Assembly (NCBI GenBank): GCA_016187225.1
Contig: JACPKC010000007.1
Location: forward strand, 7,654-71,653
Direction of reading: 5' to 3'
From: Candidatus Berkelbacteria bacterium
GTDB lineage: Bacteria > Patescibacteriota > UBA1384 > JACPKC01
Length of the DNA stretch: 64,000 bases
The notes beneath the pieces were generated by a model that was not told the DNA's origin, ran no database searches, and was given only the letters and a program-made list of their open reading frames with translations. The stretch's first letter is position 1. Each line of letters opens with the position of its first letter. Position numbers and translations under genes: made by a program. Positions 35,834 to 45,772 of this stretch are shown piece after piece.

Positions 35834-35920
35834 AATCTTTACTCCACATGTTTAAGTTTACGAGTGTAACATGTTTCGATCACTTACACAATCAGCCTTA
35901 TTGAAAGTATCCCTTCTTCT

Positions 35921-37309
35921 TTATTCGCCCACAAGGCTTGCTTGACGCGCTTTGAGGCTGGCGAGATCGGGAATTCTAGACTCGACCGCAACATCTTTAG
36001 GCAGGCTCGCCGCGCTCGAACCAGAGCGTTGAAAAGCTCGAATTTTCTCAATCACCTCTTCTTCATTATCAACGAGCGAACCGTTCTGAACCCGGAAAGC
36101 CGCCGCCATCTCATGTCCGCCGCCGCCAAAAAGCTCCGCAATTTTTGACACTGAAACTTCTTTATTGACACCGCGCAAACTCCCATTGAGGGCAAGCTGT
36201 TTTTCTGACAAGAGCAAGGCAAAATCGATATTCGGCACGGTTTTGAGAAGCTCGTCGATCACGCCCGCGGTTTCCGATTCAGTTGCTCCAAAGGCGCTAA
36301 AATCCGAGGCGCTGGCTGTTGACCAGATAAAGCGATGCTCGCGATCCTCGCGAATGTTGGCAAGAATTTTACCCCAGAGTTTCAAAGTTGAGAGCGGTTT
36401 GGTTTTGTAGATGTGCTGAACGATCTCTTGCTGGCGGGCGCCCGCCGCCACCAATTGAGCCGCGACTGTAAAGGATTTGGGTGTTGTGTTGGTGTTCTGA
36501 AAAGAGCCGGTGTCAGTTGTAATGCCAGTTAAGAGCAAGGTCGCGATATCGGCATCGAGCAAGGAGCCACTCTTAGCGCTCGCGCTTTCTTTAAGCATTG
36601 AGGTCAACGCCTCCAAGAGTGAAACTAAAATTTCAGCGGTGCTGGTGGCGGCAAGATCAACCCAATTTACTTTTCCGAAATAATCATTGCCCGGATGGTG
36701 ATCGATATTAATGATTGGTGTTTCATAAAACAAATTCGCATGATTTTGGTAAACTGGCCCGAGTCGCTCAACATCGTTGGTGTCGAGCACGATAATTAGA
36801 TCAGCCGTTGAGCTCCCGCCACTGAATGAGAAAAGTTCAGGCGTAATCTGGCCGCGCGAAGGCTTGATAACAATATTGAGTTTTTTGGCCTCGGGGTAAT
36901 TTTTATAGCCGAGTTTATCGACGTCAACGGTGGTTGTATTGAGCGTAATTGTAAACTCATTGCCGCCATCGCTCACCTGATTGGTGATCTCCAAAACATT
37001 GGGCAAAAAGTTCATAATTGACGGCGCTTTGTCAGAGCAAATCGGTTGAACTGTTTTGCCGAGTTTGCGCAGAGCAAGTGTGAGGGCAAGCATCGAGCCA
37101 ATTCCATCGCCATCCGGATTCTGGTGCGTAAAAATGACAATTTTGTTCGCGCGGCGGATCAAGTCGATGGCAAGTTGTTTCGGAGTTGGTTCCATAAAAA
37201 TGAATAATCGCCCCTCCGCTCCAACTGATATAAGCCGCTCATCGTAGAGAACTTGTCCGAAACTGTCAACGGCGACTAACATGCCAGCTCTTGCTAAAAA
37301 TGCAATCAT
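35921..37309 (-). CDS. DHH/DHHA1-family phosphoesterase (NrnA-like oligoribonuclease/pAp phosphatase)
   Basis: IFTHQNPDGDGIGS (DHH motifs I-II) and the DHHA1 GGGH motif are present. The true start may be the internal Met at about 37195 (MEPTPKQL). Confidence 0.65.
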   Translation of the reverse strand: MIAFLARAGMLVAVDSFGQVLYDERLISVGAEGRLFIFMEPTPKQLAIDLIRRANKIVIFTHQNPDGDGIGSMLALTLALRKLGKTVQPICSDKAPSIMNFLPNVLEITNQVSDGGNEFTITLNTTTVDVDKLGYKNYPEAKKLNIVIKPSRGQITPELFSFSGGSSTADLIIVLDTNDVERLGPVYQNHANLFYETPIINIDHHPGNDYFGKVNWVDLAATSTAEILVSLLEALTSMLKESASAKSGSLLDADIATLLLTGITTDTGSFQNTNTTPKSFTVAAQLVAAGARQQEIVQHIYKTKPLSTLKLWGKILANIREDREHRFIWSTASASDFSAFGATESETAGVIDELLKTVPNIDFALLLSEKQLALNGSLRGVNKEVSVSKIAELFGGGGHEMAAAFRVQNGSLVDNEEEVIEKIRAFQRSGSSAASLPKDVAVESRIPDLASLKARQASLVGE

Positions 37310-37320
37310 AAGATAAGGTT

Positions 37321-37608
37321 TTGAGCATTATGCCGAATACAGCATCAGCTAAAAAAGCCTTGGGTCAAGATCGACGGCGGGCGATTCAAAATCTAACGGC
37401 CCGCACGCAACTTAAACGCGCCCTCAAAAGCGTAAACTCCGAAAGTCTATCGCAAACAGTTTCATTCCTCGATAAAGCAGTCAAACGCAACTTGATTCAC
37501 AAAAACCGAGTGGCGCGAATCAAAGCGCGACTTTCAAAAACACTTGGCATTGCTAAGAGCAAACGCGCCGGCGCCGCTAGTAAAAAACGCCTGCGCGCAA
37601 AAGCTTGA
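37321..37608 (+). CDS. rpsT: 30S ribosomal protein S20
   Basis: MPNTASAKKALGQDRRRAIQN...RVARIKARLSKTL. A short, basic, all-helical protein that matches the S20 pattern. Confidence 0.8.
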   Translation: MSIMPNTASAKKALGQDRRRAIQNLTARTQLKRALKSVNSESLSQTVSFLDKAVKRNLIHKNRVARIKARLSKTLGIAKSKRAGAASKKRLRAKA

Positions 37609-38251
37609 TTGCTATAATGAACGCGTGCACTCTCCAAACGCGTTTCCCAATCTAAATTCTCAAGCACCAGTCGCTCTGCCGGAAACAAATTTAGGCGAGC
37701 GTATTTTAGGTTCGGAAAAACTTTACAAGCGTCTAAGTTATGGCTTTGAGCTTTTGCGAGGGGTTTTAATTCTCGTCATCCTCACAACACTCGTGCATCT
37801 CTTTGTGGCTACGGTTTTTCGCATCAGCGGCGAGAGCATGTTACCCAATTTCCAAGATGGGCAATTCATTTTAATCGATCGAATCAGCTATAATCTGCAT
37901 CCGCCAACCCGAGGCGACGTGATTGTTTTGCGCTTTCCTGGCGACGCGAACCGGCGCAAATTCATCAAGCGGATTGTCGGGATGCCCGGCGAGAAGATTG
38001 AGATCAAACAGGGCAAAGTTTTCGCCAACGATGTGCCGCTGGTGGAATATTATCTGCCCGCCGATTTCATGAGCTACCCCGATTTAGTCAAAGTTTTGCG
38101 CTCGGATGAGGTCTTTGTCATGGGCGACAATCGCCCAAATTCAAACGATTCTCGCTTCTTTGGCCCGCTCCCGATGGATCGAATCATCGGCAAATCACAG
38201 GCAATTCTTTCCGGCAAGGCCTTCGGCTGGATTGCCCAACCGGCGTTTTAG
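37544..38251 (+). CDS. lepB: Signal peptidase I
   Basis: Catalytic box B SGESMLPNF, box D GDNRPNSNDSRFFG, and an N-terminal TM anchor. The annotated ATG overlaps rpsT by 65 nt. An in-frame GTG at 37625 is an alternative start. Confidence 0.8.
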   Translation: MALLRANAPAPLVKNACAQKLDCYNERVHSPNAFPNLNSQAPVALPETNLGERILGSEKLYKRLSYGFELLRGVLILVILTTLVHLFVATVFRISGESMLPNFQDGQFILIDRISYNLHPPTRGDVIVLRFPGDANRRKFIKRIVGMPGEKIEIKQGKVFANDVPLVEYYLPADFMSYPDLVKVLRSDEVFVMGDNRPNSNDSRFFGPLPMDRIIGKSQAILSGKAFGWIAQPAF

Positions 38252-38266
38252 AGAATCCTACATTTG

Positions 38267-39760
38267 CTACACAGCGTAGGGTTCGCGGGCCTTGGCAAGA
38301 TCGGTTGCCACCGAACCGATAATCGGAAAAAGATTGTTGGCAAAATCCTCTATTAAATGAATGTCGCCGGTACTGGCATACCAATCAGGTGGATTAAATT
38401 TGAACTGCGCAAAGCGTTCAGTCCACTCGACTTCGACACCCAGAATCACGGCGTAGGGCAAGTATTCTTCATAGAGGTTTGGATTTTTAGCAATCTCGAT
38501 CGGCTGCGAGCCCACCAAAAAATTGCGAAACTTAATCCATTCTTGATATTCTTTATCGCCCTGCTTAGTGCGCCGTGGCAGAAAAGGTGTCACCTGTTGC
38601 ATCACGATCCCAACAAAGAAGAGACCCGCCCAGCCAAGTAAGTAGAAGTACGGTTCAGGTCCGAAGAAAAGACTTGTGAGAAACCCAATGAGAGCGATAC
38701 TCACTACTAGTAAAGCAAGCATCCGATAACGGCGATACATTGCTTCAGGGTTGCGCACAAACCAACCCAGCTCAACCGCTTCGTCGTACATAGCAAGGTA
38801 GGTTTCGGCAACTTTTTGCGAAAAGATATGCCGGCCGAGACGCATCTGAATGTCTTCGTTTGTGCTCGATCGCACGTCGGCTAGAAAAATTTTGTCGAGC
38901 AAGGTGCGTTCGAATGGTTTCAGATCGGTTGGGGAAGAAAGAAGTGGCGCGCCTACGTGATCGATCGAGCGGCGTTTGCCAAAGGAAAAACCATCCTTGC
39001 GATGAATAACCTGAATGTAACCACGCTGGGCTAAATCCAGGAGAGTGGCGGCAAGGGAGCGTGGCGAAACCTTGCCCTGGACTAAAATGCCAACGATCGA
39101 AGGCGAAACTTTGGCTGGCAAATCGTTGCGTTCCTCGACAATTTTAGGACCGCGCCAACCTCTAACGGCTTTGCGAAGCATTGCTGAAAACAAAATCAGC
39201 GCCAAAATTGGCAAGCCGAGCGCCAAACTCAGCCAAACGCTTGGATCAAGCGTTCGCAAACTATCAACGCTCTGCCGCCAAAAATTCGGCTTCACAACCC
39301 CTTTAGGCAAAACGAGATCGAGGCGATATTGAGATTTTGGCGTAAGATTTTGCGCTTTATAGATGACGCGATTGTCGTTCACAATCGGATCGCTCAAACT
39401 GACGCCTTCGGTTGCAAAATGGCGAGCAATCACGAGTTCCGCCGACACTGGCCTGGGTAAAGTAATAGTTGTTGTCAACTCGTCGATAAAACTTTGATCG
39501 GCCTCGTAAGCCTGATAATTAAAAATATCCCGCTCTCGATTAAAGACGATTAAACCAGGTAATTTTTCGCCATTCACAGTCGTCGTGCCGCCATCTTCAA
39601 GACGAATGTCTAGGCTGGCAACTGAAGTGCTTACCAAAGCAATTCGGCGAGTGGCCGCTTCGCTCGTCTGCGAACGCACATACCCCACACCCGCGCCAGC
39701 TAAGACGCCGATCAGCAAGAAAAAAACTAAGTGCCGACTATAGAGCCCAATCGAAACCAT
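38267..39760 (-). CDS. Membrane protein with a large N-terminal ectodomain (DUF2207-like topology), hypothetical
   Basis: Signal/anchor helix, a ~160-aa ectodomain, one TM helix, a cytoplasmic region, then two C-terminal TM helices. 497 aa. The family assignment is tentative. Confidence 0.45.
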   Translation of the reverse strand: MVSIGLYSRHLVFFLLIGVLAGAGVGYVRSQTSEAATRRIALVSTSVASLDIRLEDGGTTTVNGEKLPGLIVFNRERDIFNYQAYEADQSFIDELTTTITLPRPVSAELVIARHFATEGVSLSDPIVNDNRVIYKAQNLTPKSQYRLDLVLPKGVVKPNFWRQSVDSLRTLDPSVWLSLALGLPILALILFSAMLRKAVRGWRGPKIVEERNDLPAKVSPSIVGILVQGKVSPRSLAATLLDLAQRGYIQVIHRKDGFSFGKRRSIDHVGAPLLSSPTDLKPFERTLLDKIFLADVRSSTNEDIQMRLGRHIFSQKVAETYLAMYDEAVELGWFVRNPEAMYRRYRMLALLVVSIALIGFLTSLFFGPEPYFYLLGWAGLFFVGIVMQQVTPFLPRRTKQGDKEYQEWIKFRNFLVGSQPIEIAKNPNLYEEYLPYAVILGVEVEWTERFAQFKFNPPDWYASTGDIHLIEDFANNLFPIIGSVATDLAKAREPYAV

Positions 39761-39791
39761 TCTCCTCCTAGTAAACGTGTTCCTCGATAAT

Positions 39792-40760
39792 TTATGCTTG
39801 GCAAAACCGCTGAACTACAAAAAGTTCCAGACCGGTATCTGCATCCATCATACCACGCTTAACTTTGAGATCGAGATTTGAGAGCGCTTGAAAAAATTGC
39901 GCTACGGTTTTCGAAGTGAGTTTTTTGGCGGACGCAAGATGCTTGCTAATCACGAATGGTTTCAAATTTGTGTGAGCCGCGATCGCCGTCGATGATGTCA
40001 AGCCTCGATCGAGCGCATCGCGAATCAAGGCGAGGGTGCGGATCGAGCTTGCGAGCAGGGCAATGAGGTATTGTGAATTCTCCCCCTGCTCTAGGAGGAG
40101 ACTAAGTTGCTTGAAGGTTGATGCTTGATTGCCAGAAACAAGAGCGTCGGTAAGCTGAAAAACATTGATCATCGGAGCTGATCGCACCAAGAGTTCGACG
40201 TGATCAGGGGTAATCTCGCGCTCTTCCACTGGTTCGTCGGCGAGATAAGTGGCGAGCTTCTCAAGTTCGGTCGCCAAGCGCCAACTATTGCCACCGAGTC
40301 GAATAATCAGTTCCTGCCGGGCTACCGGGCCGATCTTGACCGTGCGCAAAGTCAGAAACTCCTCGATCCAACGCTCAAGCAATAAACCCGCCAGCGGAGC
40401 AAATTCTTGAGACTTCGCCTGCTTGACTAGCGTTTTAAAAATTTGAGTCCGTCGATCTGGCAAGCCCGATTCATAGACAAGAGCGACCGTGCTTTCGGGA
40501 ATCTTTGGCATGAGATCAAGAAATTTTTCCTGAAGCGGTTTAGCGCCTTTGGAAAGTAGATTTTCAATAATCACCAGGCGCGTTTTAGCCAGAAATGGGA
40601 AAGCCAGTAAAGAATTTGCCAAGACATCGGGCTCAAGTTCGGCCGCGAGATGATGACTTAAGTTCGTATCGCCCAAACTCGCGTCAATATACCTCGTCTT
40701 GAGTTCGTGAAGTTTCTGGAAACTCCGATACCCATCCTCACCATAGAAGAAAATAATCAT
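39792..40760 (-). CDS. holA: DNA polymerase III delta subunit
   Basis: The N-terminal MIIFFYGEDGYRSF..., 322 aa length and a three-domain clamp-loader delta architecture are present. Confidence 0.7.
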   Translation of the reverse strand: MIIFFYGEDGYRSFQKLHELKTRYIDASLGDTNLSHHLAAELEPDVLANSLLAFPFLAKTRLVIIENLLSKGAKPLQEKFLDLMPKIPESTVALVYESGLPDRRTQIFKTLVKQAKSQEFAPLAGLLLERWIEEFLTLRTVKIGPVARQELIIRLGGNSWRLATELEKLATYLADEPVEEREITPDHVELLVRSAPMINVFQLTDALVSGNQASTFKQLSLLLEQGENSQYLIALLASSIRTLALIRDALDRGLTSSTAIAAHTNLKPFVISKHLASAKKLTSKTVAQFFQALSNLDLKVKRGMMDADTGLELFVVQRFCQA

Positions 40761-40767
40761 AATAGAA

Positions 40768-40804
40768 CTTTCTCACTTTTCTCTTTAGATGTCATTGCGA
40801 GGAG
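40768..40804. repeat. P1 intergenic repeat copy with a 12-bp insertion (CTTTCTCACTTT-tctctttagatg-TCATTGCGAGGA)
   Basis: It lies in the holA/antitoxin divergent intergenic region, immediately upstream of the holA start. Confidence 0.5.
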
Positions 40805-40884
40805 GATACTGTCTTCGAGGATAAGTTTCGGGAATTTGCCACCCCCGCTTGCGTCAAAGATAAAGTTACAGTTATCATTATGTT

Positions 40885-41163
40885 ATGAAGCTTAAGCAAC
40901 CAATTACAATCCATCTTTCAGGGCGGCAGGTTAAAGAGATCAATCGCAGTTATAGGCGTCTTGGTTATCGCTCCCGTTCCTCATATCTGCGCGACATTTT
41001 AGATTTAACCGAAGCGACTCAAATCCACCAAAAACGTCCTTTGAACGAGATCAAGACAGAACTGGCCGCCACTTACCCCAATAACCCTAAATTAGTTAAT
41101 GAGATTGTTAGCGGTTTAAGCAAATCTTCACTCTATGCCAAGCGTCGCGCACCTGCGTCCTGA
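40885..41163 (+). CDS. Ribbon-helix-helix (CopG/ParD-like) antitoxin
   Basis: ITIHLSGRQVKEINRSYRRLGYRSRSSYLRDIL is a classic RHH beta-strand plus helix. It overlaps the downstream toxin ORF. Confidence 0.6.
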   Translation: MKLKQPITIHLSGRQVKEINRSYRRLGYRSRSSYLRDILDLTEATQIHQKRPLNEIKTELAATYPNNPKLVNEIVSGLSKSSLYAKRRAPAS

Positions 41164-41389
41164 TCTTGTAAAGACACTGCGGCGTTATCAGCTCGAGAAA
41201 AAATTTGCCAAACAGCTAGCGCTCTTTATTAACAATCCTCGTCACCCATCACTTAATACCGAATTACTTGAACCGAAAAAGCGGGGGCTTTATTCATTAC
41301 GAATCGATCGAAAATTTCGGGCAATCTATATTTTTCTTAGCCGCGATTTAGCGGAAATTATCAGCATCACGCATCACTATAATGATTAA
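41135..41389 (+). CDS. RelE/ParE-superfamily toxin
   Basis: ...KKFAKQLALFINNPRHPSLNTELLEPKKRGLYSLRIDRKFRAIYIF...DLAEIISITHHY matches the RelE fold pattern (Kxx-kQl..l, yelRi..kyRiiY, hHY). The gene is 84 aa and overlaps the antitoxin by 29 nt. Confidence 0.55.
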   Translation: MPSVAHLRPDLVKTLRRYQLEKKFAKQLALFINNPRHPSLNTELLEPKKRGLYSLRIDRKFRAIYIFLSRDLAEIISITHHYND

Positions 41390-42609
41390 TCTCCTCGAAT
41401 GTTTTCCATCTCTGCCCAATTCTTGCCGCATTTAGCCTCGGTCACGATTGGCACGGCTAAATCAATCACCCCTTCCATAATCTTTTGGATCCGACTAATT
41501 ACCGACGACTGGACGTTAATTGATTGCGGCGCCTCGAAAACAAGTTCGTCATGCACCTGAAGAAGCAGGGCCGCATCTTTTTCTTCAATCTTTTGATTGA
41601 TCTCGATCATTGCCAGAGCCATAATTTCAGCTTCAGCGCCCTGAATCGGATGGTTGATCGCAACGCGTTCGGCAAATGAACGCAAGGTTGAATTTGAGCT
41701 GTTGATTTCTGCCAGATAGCGACGACGACCGAGGAGAGTTTCGGCATAGCCGCGCTCCCTCGCCTCGGCCTGCGCAATTTCAACCCATTCGCCAAGTTTA
41801 GGGTAAGTCGCAAAATACTGGTCGATAAACGCCTGGGCTTCCTCGTGACTGATATGCAACGCCTCTGAAAGCCCGTAGGCGCCTTGGCCAAAAAGCACCC
41901 CAAAGTTAATTGCCTTGGCGACCCTTCGATCAACACTCATCTTGGCGGCGGTGGCAGTATGAATATCTTCGCCCTTGAGAAAGGCTTGCTTCAAGTTTTC
42001 ATCACCTGAAAGATGGGCGGCAATGCGCAGTTCAATTTGAGAATAATCGATTGAAAATAGTTTTTTGCCTCGAGGCGCGCTAAAAGCGGCCCGAATCTTA
42101 CGGCCGTCTTCGCTCCGAACGGGAATGTTCTGTAAGTTCGGGTTCCGGCTCGAAAGACGCCCGGCGGCGGTGTCAATTGAGTAGTGCGTATGCAAACGCC
42201 CTTCGGCATCGACGAGTTTTGGAAGCGGTTCTATATACGTAGAGAGAAGTTTTTTCTTTTCGCGATATTCTAGCACAAGCGGAACGATTGGATGCAGGTT
42301 GAAAAGTTTATTCAGTTGAGCGGCGGCTGTCGAGCGACCGGTTTTGGTTTTACGAATATGAATCTCGTCGCCAGAATCAAGATGCAGTTCGGCATAGAGA
42401 ATGCCCGCGAGTTGGCGTGGCGAATCAAGCGTAAACTCGTGGCCAGCCTCACGATAGATTTTTGCTCTCAACACATCCAGCTCGACCGCGTAACTTCTGG
42501 CGAGTTTGTCCAGATAGCGAGTGTCAAGCAAGATGCCGCGAGTCTCCATCGAACGGAGAATCGGCTCAAGCCGAGCCTCTAATTCTTTGATCGATAGTAG
42601 ATTTCTCAA
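41386..42609 (-). CDS. polA: DNA polymerase I, polymerase domain only (family A; no 3'-5' exonuclease domain)
   Basis: Motif A LFSIDYSQIELRIAAHL, motif B RRVAKAINFGVLFGQGAYG and motif C LQVHDELVFEAP are present. The ORF begins at the thumb subdomain with a TTG start that overlaps the stop of the upstream 5'-nuclease ORF (TTGA). Confidence 0.85.
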   Translation of the reverse strand: MRNLLSIKELEARLEPILRSMETRGILLDTRYLDKLARSYAVELDVLRAKIYREAGHEFTLDSPRQLAGILYAELHLDSGDEIHIRKTKTGRSTAAAQLNKLFNLHPIVPLVLEYREKKKLLSTYIEPLPKLVDAEGRLHTHYSIDTAAGRLSSRNPNLQNIPVRSEDGRKIRAAFSAPRGKKLFSIDYSQIELRIAAHLSGDENLKQAFLKGEDIHTATAAKMSVDRRVAKAINFGVLFGQGAYGLSEALHISHEEAQAFIDQYFATYPKLGEWVEIAQAEARERGYAETLLGRRRYLAEINSSNSTLRSFAERVAINHPIQGAEAEIMALAMIEINQKIEEKDAALLLQVHDELVFEAPQSINVQSSVISRIQKIMEGVIDLAVPIVTEAKCGKNWAEMENIRGD

Positions 42610-43529
42610 AACAATGTCTCCTGTTTGGTTGCGCTCTGGCTTTTGGGTAAACGAGTAATTAACGATCTAAAACCCAGTTCGGCAAACATTTTTTTCGCCC
42701 GGTCTTCAGCGTAATGTTTCACGCGACAAGCCGATAGATCAAGTTCAATCGGCACATCGATTCGAATTGTGGCAAGTTTTTTAGAGATAAAAGCGCTATC
42801 GGCAAACTTGCACAGCTTCTCGCGAAGTTTTGCCGACACTTGAGGTATTTCAACTGATTCAAGGTCGCACTGCAAAGACGCATAGAGTTTTTCGATCGAA
42901 CCAAAAGCGTGAATAAGCTGTTTGGCAGTTTTTTCACCCACTCCGGGCACACCCGGGATATTGTCAGACGCATCGCCCCGAAGCGCTTTGTAGTCTACAA
43001 CCGATTCAGGCCCAAAGCCATAATGTTCACGCACTTTCCCGGAATCAATAAGTTCGGCTACTCTGGCGCCACGACTCACGTTGAACACCTTGATCTTTCG
43101 ACTAACAAGTTGATAGGCGTCGTGGTCGCCGGTGACGATGAGCGTCTCGACTTGTCGATTTTCTGCTTGCCGAGCAAGCGTGCCAATCACGTCATCGGCT
43201 TCATATCCAGGCACGCTGAAACCGGGCAGATCAAAGGCCGCCACGACCTCGCGCACGATTGGAAATTGAGTCTTAAGCGCCTCGGGCGCTTCGGGGCGAT
43301 GCGCTTTATAGGCGGCAAAATCTTCGTGGCGAAAAGTTGGCCCGGGCTCATCAAAGGCAACTGCCAAGTAGAAGGGATTGAGAGTTTCGATCACATGCAG
43401 GAGGGTTGAGGCAAATCCATAGACGGCATTCAACGGTTGACCGCGGTGTGTGAGCGGCGGAATTGCATGAAAGCTCCGATGAACCAACGCGTGCGCGTCA
43501 ATCAAAACAAGCTGACGCTTATCTTGGCT
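42606..43529 (-). CDS. 5'-3' exonuclease (FEN-like N-terminal domain of Pol I) as a separate ORF
   Basis: MSQDKRQLVLIDAHALVHRSFHA..., acidic-cluster and HhH motifs. The start is taken at Met74 of the tracked ORF to avoid overlap with valS. Confidence 0.8.
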   Translation of the reverse strand, partial: SQDKRQLVLIDAHALVHRSFHAIPPLTHRGQPLNAVYGFASTLLHVIETLNPFYLAVAFDEPGPTFRHEDFAAYKAHRPEAPEALKTQFPIVREVVAAFDLPGFSVPGYEADDVIGTLARQAENRQVETLIVTGDHDAYQLVSRKIKVFNVSRGARVAELIDSGKVREHYGFGPESVVDYKALRGDASDNIPGVPGVGEKTAKQLIHAFGSIEKLYASLQCDLESVEIPQVSAKLREKLCKFADSAFISKKLATIRIDVPIELDLSACRVKHYAEDRAKKMFAELGFRSLITRLPKSQSATKQETLF

Positions 43530-45738
43530 CATAAATCTCTGGCCAGGATGCAATCGCAAGCAAATCTGAATCACGCTGGTGCGCAGGCAATCTCTGCCAA
43601 ATCGTTTCGGTGATAAAGGGCATAAACGGATGGAGAAGTTTAAGGGAAGTCGCGAGAACGGCGTAAAGAATTTGAGCGGTTGAGTTTCGAGTTGACTCAT
43701 CATCAAGTTGTGCCTTGCTCGCCTCAAGATACACATCGGCAAACTCATGCCAAATGAAATGGTAGATTCGCTCGGCGGCTAAGTGGAGCTGGAAAGTTTC
43801 CATGTCTTGAGTGATTTGATCGACGGCTTGGTTGAGCGCCGCTAGGATGACCCGGTCGGCCTCGGTTTTGGGACGAATGGCATTCTTCTGGCGGCTACTG
43901 TTAACGGCTAGTTGTCCACCATCCGAACTCATCAAAACAAACCGAGCGATGTTCCAAACTTTGTTGGCGAAGTGTTTGTAGGCTTTTACTTTCTCGAGAT
44001 CAAACTTGACGTCGCTACCTGGCGCCACACCGACGATTAGGCTCATTCGAAGCGCGTCTGTGCCGTACTCGTCAATCACTTCAAGCGGGTCAATGCCGTT
44101 GTCAAGTGATTTGCTAAATTTCCGCCCGTCCTTAGCGCGTACGACCCCATGGATGAGAACCGTCCGGAATGGAATCTCACCCAGGAGATAGCCGGACATC
44201 ATAATCATTCTCGACACCCACAAAGTCAGAATTTCATAACCGGGGTTAATCACGCTCGTCGGGTGAAATGTTTTGATATCTTCAGCAGTAGCCGGCCACC
44301 CGAGTGTTGAAAATGTCCAAAGCGCTGAACTAAACCAGGTATCGAGTGTGTCCGGGTCCTGTTCCCAACCCTCGCCGTCAGGCACCTCGACTCCGACGTA
44401 GAGTTCGTCGCCTCGATACCAGACCGGGATACGGTGGCCATAGAGAATTTGACGGCTAACGCACCAATCGCGAAGGTTATCAACCCAGTGAGCATAGATC
44501 TTGCGAAAATGCTCCGGAACAATTTCGATCTCGCCGCTCTGAACAACAGTTTGCATAATCTCTTGTAAGGTTGCCTCACTCCCGCTTTTGAGACCCTGCA
44601 GTTTTGAGTTTGCAAGATGGAACGGCTTGTCAACATCGACGAACCACTGAAGTTTCGGCAAAGGTTCAATTACCCCGCCGGTTCTTTCAGATTTGGCAAG
44701 GCTATGAAGAATCGATGTTTCTTTCTCAATTAGGCCTTCGGCTCGAAGTTTGGCCACTATAAGCTCTCGCGCCTCGATAATTTTCCGACCATTAAATTCA
44801 GGCGAGACGTTCTCGATTTTGGCGGACTCGTTAATCACAGCCTTGAGTGACAAATGATGACGCTCGGCCATCTCCCAGTCGATCATCGAGTGAGCCGGGG
44901 TAACGCCGACGGCGCCAGTGCCAAATTCAGGATCGACGGCTTGATCGGCAATAATCTTGATCTCAAGAGGCAAACCCACAAATCGCACTTTGTGGGTTTG
45001 CCCGACATATTCTTTGTACCGCGCATCGTCAGGATGGACGGCAACGGCAACGTCGCCCAACTTTGTTTCCGGCCGAGTTGTGGCAATGGGAATCGGAAAC
45101 TCTTTTGCATACCGAAAAATGTAAAAAGTGGTCGAGACTTCTTCATAGACAATCTCGTCGTCGGAAAGAGTCGTTTGCCCCTTCGGATCCCAATTAACAA
45201 CGCGGTTGCCGCGATAGATCAGTCCATCGTCATACATCCGCTTGAAAGCAGTCCGAACGGCCCGCTCTCGCTCCTCATCAAGCGTAAAAGCCAAACGCGA
45301 CCAATCGACCGAATCGCCCAGTCGCTTCATCTGTCCGAGAATTTGGCTCTGATTTTCAAGCGCGAATGCCTGAACTCGCTCAAAAAACTCTTCCCGAGAA
45401 AAATCATGCCGCGTTTTCTTTTCTTTTTTATAGAGGTCTTTCTCGTATCGAGCCGTGGTGGCGATCGCGGCGTGATCGGTGCCAGGCGCCCAAAGAGTGC
45501 GATCGCCGCGCAAGCGATGATAACGAACTAACGCATCTTGAAGGCTATGTTCAAAAGCATGACCAATATGGAGCGTGCCAGTCACGTTCGGCGGTGGCAG
45601 AGCAATTGAAAACGTCTTGCCCGTTCGGGATGCTTGCGGCGCAAAAACGCCCCACTCTTCCCAGAGTTTATAGATCTCGCGTTCGTGATTCTCCGCAGTG
45701 TAACGCGGAGGCAGGTGTTCTGTATCGTTCATTGCCAT
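43519..45738 (-). CDS. valS: Valyl-tRNA synthetase (short form lacking the C-terminal coiled-coil)
   Basis: PPPNVTGTLHIGHA (the ValRS-specific HIGH region) and KFSKS (the KMSKS motif). 739 aa. Confidence 0.85.
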   Translation of the reverse strand: MAMNDTEHLPPRYTAENHEREIYKLWEEWGVFAPQASRTGKTFSIALPPPNVTGTLHIGHAFEHSLQDALVRYHRLRGDRTLWAPGTDHAAIATTARYEKDLYKKEKKTRHDFSREEFFERVQAFALENQSQILGQMKRLGDSVDWSRLAFTLDEERERAVRTAFKRMYDDGLIYRGNRVVNWDPKGQTTLSDDEIVYEEVSTTFYIFRYAKEFPIPIATTRPETKLGDVAVAVHPDDARYKEYVGQTHKVRFVGLPLEIKIIADQAVDPEFGTGAVGVTPAHSMIDWEMAERHHLSLKAVINESAKIENVSPEFNGRKIIEARELIVAKLRAEGLIEKETSILHSLAKSERTGGVIEPLPKLQWFVDVDKPFHLANSKLQGLKSGSEATLQEIMQTVVQSGEIEIVPEHFRKIYAHWVDNLRDWCVSRQILYGHRIPVWYRGDELYVGVEVPDGEGWEQDPDTLDTWFSSALWTFSTLGWPATAEDIKTFHPTSVINPGYEILTLWVSRMIMMSGYLLGEIPFRTVLIHGVVRAKDGRKFSKSLDNGIDPLEVIDEYGTDALRMSLIVGVAPGSDVKFDLEKVKAYKHFANKVWNIARFVLMSSDGGQLAVNSSRQKNAIRPKTEADRVILAALNQAVDQITQDMETFQLHLAAERIYHFIWHEFADVYLEASKAQLDDESTRNSTAQILYAVLATSLKLLHPFMPFITETIWQRLPAHQRDSDLLAIASWPEIYEPR

Positions 45739-45772
45739 TCCAATATACGCTTCGCATTAACAGGAGTAAATA

